From NCBI GenBank assembly GCA_964016885.1, contig OZ024741.1:44702001-44766000 (forward strand): DNA of 64,000 nucleotides. The letters are read 5' to 3'. The position numbers and the translations under genes were made by a program. The notes under the pieces were generated by a model. The model was not told the origin of the DNA. It did not search any database and worked only from the letters and a program-made list of their open reading frames with translations. The stretch comes from Eledone cirrhosa. Taxonomy: Eukaryota. Each line of letters opens with the position of its first letter. Within the stretch, counting starts at the first letter, position 1. Positions 52,838 through 64,000 of the stretch are shown piece after piece.

Positions 52838-53972
52838 TTTGAGTCTCAGTGATTGATGTTATTTAACTGGAAAGTTTGTTGAAATGAATATCAAGCCACT
52901 ACCTTCAGCCTCAGATATTCAGGACGTATCGGGGGGTTCTTGCTGTTCCCAGCAAGCATGCCTTTTGAAGTCTTCCAAAATGCGGGGCTAGACTACCTTT
53001 CTTTAACCATCCTTGGAAACTCTTTGAGATAGTACCTAGTGCGCCTATAACAATCGGGACCACTCTTAATTCATGGCAGTCCCAAATCCTTTTTACCTCC
53101 CACTTTAAGTCCTGGTATCGGTTAATTTTCTCCCTCTCCTTCTCTTACACTCTTGTGTCAAATGAGCAGGTTATATCCACAATCAGGCACGCTCTTTTTT
53201 CCTTGTCCAAAACCACCAAGTCAGGCCTATTGTGTTCCAGTTTCTTATCCGTCTGTATCCTAAAATCCCACAGCAGCTTCACCTGATCGTTTTCTATCAC
53301 CGACTCTGGCTTATGCTCATACCACTTCTCAGAATGTGCTAAATTGTTTACTTTGCATAGGTGCCAGTGGATCACCCTGCCCATCACATCATGTCTCCAG
53401 CCTTTATAGTGAGTCTGGGCTAGGTGTTTACACTCGGATACAATGTGAGCCACAGTCTCCTCTCTCTCTCCACTGATCCTGCACAGTGGGCTAGCCTCCT
53501 CCTCGTAAATATGGTGTTTCAACCACTTCGTTTTTAGTGCCTGCTCTTGCGCAGCCATTAGCAATCCTCCTGTAGCCTTTTTAAGGTCTCCTCTTTTTAA
53601 CCAGTTCCATCTCTGTGGATCTCTGAATTCAGTTTTCTCAAAGAAGGTACTATGAAGGGATTTTTCCTGAAGGCTGCTCTTTCTCCTTGTTGTTATTTCC
53701 TCCTTGGACATCCCTGGTCTATTGTCCTCTCCTTCAGTACAATTCTGAGCATTGGCTCCTTACTATCAGTCACGTATTTGTGTAGGTTGTTTTCTCCATC
53801 AGAACACAGTCCTCTATGCTGATAAGACCTCTACCAGCTTCAGATCTCCTTAAGTAGAGTCTATCGACATCACTCCTCTTGTGGAACATGTTGTAGATAG
53901 TCAATAGCTTCCTAGTCTTCCTATCCATTTCTTTTCGCTTAGCAACATTCCATCTCAGAACACCCAACTGGA
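52837..53972 (-). mobile_element. Dong/R4-clade RLE element, second family, 5'-truncated
   Basis: HKRSDVDRLYLRRSEAGRGL, AAQEQAL, ETVAHIVSEC, RHD, WDFRIQTD..NRPDLVV..VD..IVIGALG; (AAT)n on its sense strand at both ends. Confidence 0.92.
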
Positions 53973-54029
53973 ATTATTATTATTATTATTATTATTATTG
54001 TTATTATTATTATTATTATTGTTATTGTT

Positions 54030-57000
54030 GGTGAAGCCATTCTTCTTATCGCCTCCAGTTTTTTTCAACGTTTTACCTAGTTTTCAACCTTTCTAAACCT
54101 TTTATTCAAGTTTTAAATTTGATAAAAGTTTAGAAGAAGTGACCCACCTAATACAGGGGTTCACTAGTAAATAATACGGCACCCCTTTACGGCATGTCGT
54201 ATTTATGTAAAAATATTATTTTTTTTAAATTTAAACATGGATAACACAAGAAAGAGAGAAAGCGCTGTCAGACAACACAGAGAGAGGGAGACTTTATCAG
54301 CATGTCAACAAGACATCGTTCCAGCGGAGGTAAATATAAACGAAAATATTACAAAGGAAAAAAAGATTGTTACAGATTTAAAATTAACAAATGTTTCTAA
54401 CACAAACAACACCAACAATAACACCAACAACAACACCATCAATAACAACAGCAACAACAACAATAACAGCGGTAAAGTCGAGAACGACAATAACAAAAAT
54501 AACAGCGGTAAGGTCGAGAACGACAATAACAAAAATAACAGCGGTAAGGTCGAGAACGACAATAACAATGACAATAACAACAGCCACAACAACAATAATA
54601 GTAGAAACAGTATCAACAAAAGCAACAATAATAACAACAGCCACAATAACAGTAACAACAGCAACAGTATCAACGAAAATAACAACAACAACACCAACAA
54701 CTGTACCAACGAAAACAACAACAATGACACCGATACCTGTAATAGCGATCTCAGCACCACCAGCAAGACCAGTAGCGACAGCAATAGTGGTGCTGCTGAA
54801 AAAGGGACCACTTCTTTTGCAGGTGTCGCCCGAAATATCGAGACAGTGTTAGTCACAGAGGAGGAGATGGCAGTCGCAAGGGCCATGGTGACAAGAAGCG
54901 CAAATAGAGTTTCCCTGAAACCTCCACTCGATTTTTTCAAGGACCAGCAGCTACGGACGGTGACTTACCGCACCGTAAGCAAAATCTCACATCGAGTGGA
55001 GAGAGACACGGAGGCTCAAATCCAAAAGGCTTTGGGGTGCGTCTGGGCACGCAAAACCCACATCACCCGAGGCAGAAAGTACGCCACAGTAGACGTACTT
55101 TTCGCCACCCCCCAGGAAGCAAAGTCTCACTCTTTGGAAACCCTAAAGAGTGAAGAGATAGTCTTGGTGCCCTCCTACTGCGGACAGAAAATTGTGAGGG
55201 TCAAAGTGACCCAGGTCCCACCCGACGTGCCCATACCTTGGCTGGCCGCGTCTGTCCTTGCTGGAATCGAGAACAGGGCGACCATGCTGCCAGTAGAAAA
55301 AATAGGGAGAGAGAACTGGTCAGGTACAGGCATGCAAATGCTTATACAAACTGACCAGGAATGTATCGACGCTATCCCCGATATCATAGACATCGAGGAA
55401 GGACTCCAACTCCCTATAAGTGTAGAAGGAAGACGGCCAAAATGTTATCTCTGTGGGTCGAAGGGTCACCTCAGGGCCTTTTGCCCGCAGAAGACAGGTC
55501 CGCTGCTACCAAGAGCAGGGCAGGCAAAAAACGAAGAAGCCCCTTCCACGGTGAGTAGGAGGGCAACGTCCGTAGCACCCATACCAAGGCCACGGACAAC
55601 TAAAGCAGCATCATCAGTAGCGGCAACACCAATAGCTCCATTTGAAATAGCTACACCAGCAACAAAATTGCCGAAGAGGACTCCACTACCACCACCAACA
55701 GCCGTGGAGCAGATACCTCTCCCAGACGCCACAGAATCCGACATGGAGTTTGAGGCGGGAGTGAAGTGGCAAACGGTCTGCCACAAAAAACAAAAAACAA
55801 AAAACCCTTAGATTCACCCTCCAAAAGCGAAGGCATACAAAGAGGGGTAAAGGCAGCAAGGAAACTTGCAGCAACACCACCACCAACACCAACAACGCAA
55901 ACACAACAAGACACACACCCCAAAGAGCAACAACAAGAAAACAGTAACACAATCACCCCTCCCGACAAAAAGTGCACAGCCATAAACATAGAAAAAAAAA
56001 GAACTCATACAATATATAAAGCAGCACACAGACATCACAGACAAAAACTGCTACACCCCACCAACACCAAGAACTCTCCCGACAAACATAAGCATCATCG
56101 AAATCTCAATAGAACAGTACAAACCTTTAAAACAAAAATTCGCCAACGCAGTTGGAGACTTCAGAGGGTCGGTTACCAAGAGGATATTCACTGACATCCT
56201 CTTGGAAACACCCATGACCAGCGAAAGGGACGGTTCTACTGTCCCTTCACCACACGAACAAGGTAAGTGACCCTTTCTCACTTGCCCCGTTTCTCATCCA
56301 ACATGGCTATACTCAGAATAGGCAGTATAAATGCACGTGGCCTGGGGTCATCTTGGAAGCAGGGTCACCTGCTCAATGACCTCAGGTCACTAAACATAGA
56401 TGTGGTGGCCATCAGTGAAACCAGAATCTCCGAAGCACAAGCCTTCGCACCGATCTTCGGCGGCTACGATGTATACGCATCTCCCAGCCGTCCAGGATCG
56501 GGGGGAGGGTTTGCCGTCCTTTTTTGGAGAGGCTTGGATCTTGCGATACGGGCCATCTTCCTGGACCCAAAAGGTAAGTCGGTGGTGCTGGACGTGACCG
56601 GCAGCGAAGGCAATGCTTTCAGGCTAGTAGCCGTCTATGCCCCAACAGGGGAAGGACGGCCAGATTTCTTCAGGCGCCTAGAGAACTTTGTTGGAACGCC
56701 CCGCTCTTTAGTGTTAGTGGGCGACTGGAACGGTATCTTGGATGCACGCTGGGATCGTGTGGGCCTAGTGGATAGGGGAGGAGGGTGCAACAGCCTCACC
56801 AACCTGCTCAGACGTTTTGAACTGTCTGACAGGTATAGACTGGATCACCCGAATGTGCCAATGTGGACATGGACACACCGCATCGGGTCATCCAGATCGT
56901 ATTTCGATAGGGTATTCTGCAGGGAACTAGATAAGGCTAGTATAAGTTGTCCACAATTTAAAATAGTCGACTACACAGACCACAAATTTGTGATCTGTGA

Positions 57001-59560
57001 GATCGACATAGACAGACTTCATAGACAAGGGCCTGGTTACTGGAAGCTGAACGCGTCTTTCCCGGCGCGCAAAGCCTACAGAGACCGGATTAGCGGATTA
57101 GGTGGTGGTCCGCCCTGAAAAGGTCAATTAAAGTAGAGTCGTTTAGGTTTAGCAAAGGAGTAGTGATAGAGGAAAATAGAGTAGAAGGAGAGCTAGTCAG
57201 AAAGCTAGAAGAGGCGTTTAGGACAGGCATCGCAACGGACGTGCTTGCGGCGTGATTGGCACTCGACCAATTCTTCAACGCAAAACACGAAGGCTGCGTT
57301 GTCAGAGCTAGAGGGCGTGCTCTGAAACACCAGGGGACAAAAGCCGTCCAATGGGCCCGGGTGGAAGAGGCGCGACGTGGCAATAAAGCCACAATTCGGT
57401 CTTTGTCTGACCAAAACGGGTGCGTGATGCTCGAACCCGAGCGGATGTGTGAAGCTTTTCAGCAGCACTTTGCTGAACTGTTCGGGAGCGATGGCGGCCC
57501 GGATCGGGGCATGTACTTCAGTGCATACCTCGACGGACTGCCTCGGCTCTCGACGACCGCAGCACAGTGTTGCGAAAAGCCAATAACAGCCAGTGAAATA
57601 CGGGAAGCGATGGCTAACTGCACAAGGGGTAAATCGCCAGGTTTAGATGGTCTGCCCTACGAGCTATATGCATTTATGCCAGACTTGTTCGGTGACCTCT
57701 TGGCAGACGTCTACTGCAACTGGCAGCAGAACGGGAGCATTCCCAGTTTTGTGAGCCGGGGAGCAGTGGCGCTGCTGAGAAAACCCCGAACAAGGAGGAT
57801 GTTATCGATAATTTCAGGCCCATAACCCTGCTAAACTCAGAGTTCAAGATTTTGGCCAAGGTGTTAGCAACGAGGTTGGCGCTTGTCGTCAAGGGTCTGG
57901 TGGGAGAGGCGCAGACATGCGGACCTCGAGGCAGCCGGTTTAGAGCCCGTTTTCAGGGGTTGGATCACAGCAATGTACACCGACATCTGCTCAGTTGTGA
58001 GGGGGAACGGTCACCTGTCGCAGCCGTTCAGCATCATGCGCTCAATCCGTCAGGGTTTTCCCCTCTCGTCCCTCGTGTACGCATTGGCTCTCGAGCCGTT
58101 ACTTCACAAACTGGGGGCGATGAGGGGCGTCCCACGCGAACTAGGATGCGGTAAATCCGAGTCGGCTTACGCTGACGACGTCACGATGGTGGTGTCGAGC
58201 ACCAGACACGTCCAGATGCTCGGCGCCGCTTTCAAGGAATACGAAGCGGTGACAGGAGCAAAGATAAACCAGGAAAAGTCGGTGGGCTTGCAGCTCGGCA
58301 CCTGGAGAGGCAAGTCCATGCCGTCCGACAGCGTTGTGGGGCGTTGGACGGACGGACAGGTTAAATTGTTCGGGGTCTGTTTCGGACTGGACCTCCAGAT
58401 GGAGAAAAACTGGAACGAGGTGACGAGCAGGGTGGTCTCCCTCACCCAGAAATGGGCTGAGAGGAAGCTGTCCCTGAAAGACCCGGCGGAAGTGGCGAAT
58501 GCGTACATCGCATCCGTCATCTGCTACCGCCTCACCGTCGTCCCTTGCTCCAGCCCAACTCTCACCGAAATGGATCACCTCCTCTTCCGCTTTCTGTGGA
58601 AGGGACGCGCTCCCATGGTCAGACGATCCATCTGCTGTCAACACCCGTTGTGTGGAGGACTAGGCATGCCAAGGCTGATGATGCGCAAACATGCGCTGAG
58701 GCTGCCACATCTCTGGTGCTTCCTTGATGGTGAACGGGGGTTGTCGCCGTTCGCCAGGCACGTTTTCCCACAGCTCGTCTCCTTGACGGAGCTGCAGTCC
58801 TGGGTCAGAAAAAGACCGAGGGATAGCGCTTGGAAACTGGAATGTCTCCAGGTGCTCACTGCCCTCTCCCAGCTGGGCACCACTATCGGTGGAACATCCA
58901 CCTCGGCGTTCTATAGAGGACTAGTGGAGGGGAGGAGCGACGACGTTCCCGGAGAGATCCTGGGCGTCGAAGAAGATCAGCTGTTTGCTCTCTTCCGGAG
59001 AACTTTCAGCCCGGGGCCTATGGATTACTTCCAAAAATCCCTGGCCTGGCAGTGCTACTGGGGAGCGCTGCCGGTTCGAGATAAGCTCTACAGGGACGGA
59101 AGTGCCGTCAGCCGAGCCTGTCCGAGATGCGCGCAGAGCGACGAAACCGTTGTGCACGCACTCGTTCAGTTCCCGAGCATTGCTGACTTGTGGAGCTATG
59201 TCGAACAGTTGCTGTCGCGTGTGGGACTGATCCGGTTGTCGACTGAGTCCATTGTGCAGATGGTCTCGCCGTCTTCCTAAAAGGGGGAAGGGCAGGCGGT
59301 TTTTATCTGCCTGGTGGCCATGGCGAAAGAGATTGTGTGGTGGACAAGGTTAAAAGGGTTAAGGACGAATCCCTAATTAACTTTTTCAAGTTTCACTTGA
59401 AGAGGAAAATCAGGGTGGAGAGGCAAGTGCTGCTTTCTAGCAAATTTGTTGAAAGGTGGGTGAATGTAGCGAGAATGGTCCGAGTGAATATACGTCTGTA
59501 GTTTGAGAGATGGAAAAATTGAGAGAGGGTGCTTGCCCTGGTGGTCAGGGTGGCCGTGGA
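54030..59560 (+). mobile_element. Tx1-clade LINE (Tx1-d), 5' intact, internal deletions, 3' UTR truncated
   Basis: ORF1 54237-55811 (GRRPKCYLCGSKGHLRAFC); APE from ATG 56303; RT fragments 57256-59280 with the DQSKAFD region deleted at ~57920; preceded by (ATT)n 53973-54029. Confidence 0.95.
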
Positions 59561-59562
59561 TA

Positions 59563-61100
59563 TTGGCAGAAACGTTAAAAACGAAACTAGGGTAGAACGC
59601 TTTGTTTAACGTTATGACTTAATTACTTTAAAGGATATAAATCTGACTTCAGAAACAGGCATAATTGTACACTGATAAATCTTGTTAGGAGAAATGTATC
59701 ACTACCTAGTAAAAACAATTTTAGAGACATCAATACATTTATTATTTAAAACACCAGCCCATTACTGTGGAATAACGCAACATCTGTCATATCCTGGTTC
59801 ACATACATCCTCTCTAAGAACAGGGACAACTTTACATAGTTTGATCTTATTCACACTTATCCTTCTTGATAATGCTTTGAACTTTTCCTTTCTTTTCTCT
59901 ACAAGGTGTATGAACTAATATTCCAGGCCTGTAACACACTGTTATTTAGTAACGATAGGACATGGGTAAACACATCTGACCAAGAAGATTACTTTGACGT
60001 TTCCTGGGGTCTTATGACAGTACTGATATTTGTAATCTTATCGGTTTATGAATTCTTTATACACGAAAGTCTAAAGTCTAAGGCTTCCCAGCCACTCGTT
60101 TGATATATACTGAAATGATAGTCTTTCGTTTTTACATGATTATAATGGCTACATTCTAGATAGATTACGTAAAAATTTAATTAAAATCCTTCGTACACTA
60201 GGACAATCACTACTGATATGAACCTTACTAATCCAACTTTCCTTGTAGTCAACTCAGACTGGACCACACCTTCGTATAAATGATACCAGAAACCTAACGA
60301 AATATTGAAATATATTAATAAAGTTTCGTGCCACCCCCGCTCAGATTTTAAAGAGACTAGTTTCTAATATTAGGCGTATGATCGCATATCTATCTGCAAT
60401 CTGAGAAATATTCGATAAGGCGAGGCTATGCTATAAGAAAGCCCTCTTATATAGCGGTTTAAAGGTCAACATTAGTAAAAACTCAGTCAATCCAACCCCA
60501 AGCATATTAAAAATGCCAACTTATCGTAAAGCCTAATGTAGGTAAGATGTTTTTAGATGTAATAGACAGATATTTCCCACGAAAACATAGATAGAGTAAA
60601 AGCTTCAAACGCAATTTCGTCACGGTATCCTATTCTTCTCGCTCATCTATGAGATCAAAAATTAACACAAATAAAAAACCCGACGTAAATCCAAGATATT
60701 CTGTTAGGATTCAAAAGAACTGCCCTCTCCAATAGAAATATATGAAATCCATTGTGTATAAGGCAGAGATTACACACAATACCACAGTTAATTCTGAAGT
60801 TAGCGAAAGATGTGTGGTTGTGGTGGATGATAATTTTAAACAGCGTGTTTACTCCCATCTCCAGACCTTATGAACCCTGGTGTTAGAAAAAAAACGACAC
60901 TGCCAAAAAGAATCTCGCAATTAAAGGAGAAATGAGTCCGACATGAGAATACTTGGAATGTATTTGAATGTCCAGCCCTTATACCAAATCAAGAAATGTT
61001 GTCTCTGCCTCAGAGACAACATTTAGGATATTAAAAAAGTTTTGTTATCTGCGAACAATAATTATTTGAATTATGAGAACGAAATTTCCAGAGGATGTCT
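59563..61100 (+). mobile_element. Highly decayed Naiad-type Penelope-like element
   Basis: ITLKD..DFRN, QACNTLLFSNDRTWV..YFDVSWGSYDSTDICNLIGL (across a frameshift), KPNEILKYINKVSCHP, FPTKHR..VTVSYS; right boundary approximate. Confidence 0.75.
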
Positions 61101-61296
61101 ACATCTCATAGGCCATCCCTTGCTAAGTGGAAACACTGGAGGAATTCAACTGATTGTCAACAAAATTCATATGGATTTCTCTACTTTCTAATATCTTCTC
61201 TTTTACTAGGCGGACATAATACTATACATACACAAATATGTATTTACCCTTCCTCCCCCCTCTCTCTCTCCATATAAACATATATATATATGTATA

Positions 61297-61399
<103 letters not shown>

Positions 61400-61577
61400 G
61401 TGTATGAATGTATACATATATAAATATATACATACATCCATCCATACACACATATATATATACATATATATATGTATATATATATATATATATGTGTGTG
61501 TATGTGTGTGTGTATGTATGTGTGTGTATATATATATACATACATCTATACATATATATATTTATATCCATACAATC

Positions 61578-62365
61578 TTCCTTCAGGTGAAACTATCGTG
61601 GTATCTAACAACATCAGAGACCTGGGAGTAATTGTGGACAACAACATAAGTTGGGCCACTCATATAAACAGTAAAGTTGATATGGCCCGCAGAATGTGTT
61701 CGTGGATTCTCAGAACATTCCAGTCGAGAGATATCCACACTATTATCCTTCTCTTTTCCACTTTTGCCCGACCCCACCTTGAATACTGTTGTCCACTGTG
61801 GTCTACCCTCACGAAACAAAGTATCATGGAAGTTGAAGCACCCTAAAGATCTATAACAAAAAAGATAGATGGCATGACAGTCCTTGACTACTGGAGTCGA
61901 TTAGAAAAGCTCAACCGTTATTCTCTCCAACGTCGCCGTGAGCGCTACATTATCTGCATGATGTGGAAAATATTCCATCAGCTTTGCTCCAATGATGTTG
62001 ACATCACCTTTAATGTACACCCAAGGCTTGGGCCCCGTGCTATCCGCCCACGACAAAAGTCTCACCCGCATCTCATAACAACAATACGGCACAATTACTT
62101 CACCTCAATTGGCCACGCTCTCTTTAACATTACACCAAATCACATTAAAACGGGAACAGACTCCATAAGTTCAAGAAGTCTTTGGACAAATTCCCTCTAG
62201 AAATCCCGGATAAACCTCCTACACCCGGATATGCCTTCGTAAACAATAACTCTCTACTTGAGTGGGCCATGGTGCCCAAATCTTGATTTGAAAGACTTCG
62301 CCACGTGGTGGTATTAAGATAGACATGGCCTGGGCCAATACTGGCCGAAACCTATCAAAGTTATC

Positions 62366-62372
<7 letters not shown>
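61578..62372 (+). mobile_element. CR1-clade LINE 3' fragment, same family as 4667-7800
   Basis: LPSGET..IRDLGVIVD..RPHLEYCCPLWS; ends GACATGGCCTGGGCCAATAC..ATCAAAGTTATCAAAATT then (TA)n. Confidence 0.93.
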
Positions 62373-62410
<38 letters not shown>

Positions 62411-62411
<1 letters not shown>

Positions 62412-62670
62412 CTGTGTATAGTGGTAGCTATGGTGCTTCCATAGGCAGTATGCCAAAATTAGCACTCGATATTCATCAGAGTAGAGTGTAAATTTTATCA
62501 CACGTGATAAAATTTGTTCCGGACGTAACACCCGTGTATGAAAGAACCCGCAGAAGTAGAATCAGCCAGATCCATACAAGGACCATGACTCGAGCTACAT
62601 GCCGGCGAAACATTTGTAACACGAAATAAACTAAATCCAGTTGCATCACTGATTTTTCGTTTTCTTTATA
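62411..62670 (+). repeat. Longer copy of the 9236-9422 repeat with degenerate hammerhead fold
   Basis: CGTGT-ATGAAAG..GAAAC-ATTT-GTA-ACACG at 62533-62623; flanked by (TA)n. Confidence 0.7.
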
Positions 62671-62701
<31 letters not shown>

Positions 62702-63058
62702 ATAATTGAATATAAAAGAGAAATAAACACATATATATAGACATATGTGTTCAAATCGTAAAGGACCAGGTTTGCTAGGGTGAAAAAAATACCAACTATA
62801 AACAATATATATATATATATTCGTAAAATTTGAGTATTCGCAGCGCGAAATGTAGCCGTTACCAACTGTACACTGTTTGCTTCGTAAAATTTTGGGCGCT
62901 AAGATAAAACCTCAAATCGAACGGAGAGCATGTGAGAGAGGGGGGAGAGAGAAAGAGGGATGAGATATAAGGGGGTTATAGTGAGAGAGATGGAAAGAAA
63001 GAGAGATGAGAAATGAGGGAGTTAGAGAGAGGGGGGGGGGAAGTGGATGTATGTACTC

Positions 63059-63141
<83 letters not shown>

Positions 63142-63294
63142 AAAGGAAGGAGCGGAAACTATTGGGAGAAACAGCACGTATGAATTCAGTCAGCTATATA
63201 TTATTATATATATATATATATATATATACCAGATAGAAAAATGCGTACAGCAAAAAAAAAGTAATATTGTTGGAATATAAACCTTGAAAAATAC

Positions 63295-63372
63295 AGGACA
63301 AGAAACTAAAATAAAACTTTAAAAGAATAGGACAAGAAACTAAGATAAAACTTTAAAGAATTGGACAAGAAA
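63295..63372. repeat. ~34-bp tandem repeat, about 2.3 copies
   Basis: GGACAAGAAACTAA(A/G)ATAAAACTTTAAA(A)GAAT repeated. Confidence 0.85.
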
Positions 63373-64000
63373 TAAATATTTTACAATAATATTAGTGGCA
63401 AAATTTTTATTGGTAAAAAATCGAGTTCCACATTCATAGGCTCTGGGCTCCACATTCAGAGGTCGTCGTCAGACCGGCGGGATCATTTGATCCTGGTTTG
63501 AACACCAATTGGGCCATAACCATACCCCTATTTCATCATTCGGCGACACGCCTCATGTGTCATGCATAATGTGAATGGACCCATGGGCCCATGAGCACAG
63601 ATCTTGAGCAGCAGCGGACGGTCTTATCGTCCCGCTCATCCTTGATCTTGACCAACCCGTCCATCTGCTCCTTGCATCTTGTCCTTGAGTACAAGTCCGG
63701 CAGTCCAGATGAATGCGTGTCACAGCTTTCTGGTACAGGAAGGAGGAGCAGGAGGACTGGAGGGATGACGGGACAGAGGGAGGGACGACCGGTGGTTGAG
63801 GGAGGTGCCGTAGTATGTGGTCAGAGTCGACATCTTGTCCCGGTCGTCTTCTCCATCTTCGTCTAGTGTTGCGGGACCAGAAGTGCATTATTGGAGGAGA
63901 CCTGCAGCTGCATCGGCCAATGCTTCTTGCACTGGTCATTCTGACGGAGCAGAACTGCTCAGCCAACCAACCCCAACCAGAACCAACCGCTCAGGGGCAA

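Noticed and set aside
54305-54940. Leu-rich 211-aa minus ORF (and similar at 24410, 36950, 37807)
   Set aside because: Antisense shadow of AAC/ACC-rich Tx1 ORF1.
63425-63480. CTGACGA on the minus strand
   Set aside because: No matching GAAA-stem III-NUH geometry.

Overview
AT-rich eukaryotic (metazoan) DNA made up almost entirely of retroelements and microsatellites. The tRNA-derived SINE and the repeat landscape look octopod-cephalopod-like, but that is an inference. No complete host gene, rRNA/tRNA gene or CRISPR array is visible; at most two candidate minus-strand exons lie near 51.2-51.6 kb. The elements sort into two microsatellite niches. (1) (TAA)n/(TTA)n tracts hold Tx1-clade (APE) and Dong/R4-clade (RLE) non-LTR retrotransposons in fixed, opposite orientations, forming a ~24-kb alternating array (19.5-43.9 kb) and a mirror-image pair at 52.8-59.6 kb. 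A SINE uses the Tx1 polarity and has a Tx1-like 3' end. (2) (TA)n tracts hold Penelope-like elements (GIY-YIG), CR1 LINEs and many short repeats, several of which fold into type-I hammerhead ribozyme motifs. Other notable signals are an AG|GTAAGT splice donor at the ORF1/ORF2 junction of three divergent Tx1 families, a pseudoknot-capable motif before the Dong ATG, and two Dong copies sharing a +1 frame break, a dead RLE site and a ~1-kb leader. A decayed mariner and an RTE fragment are also present.
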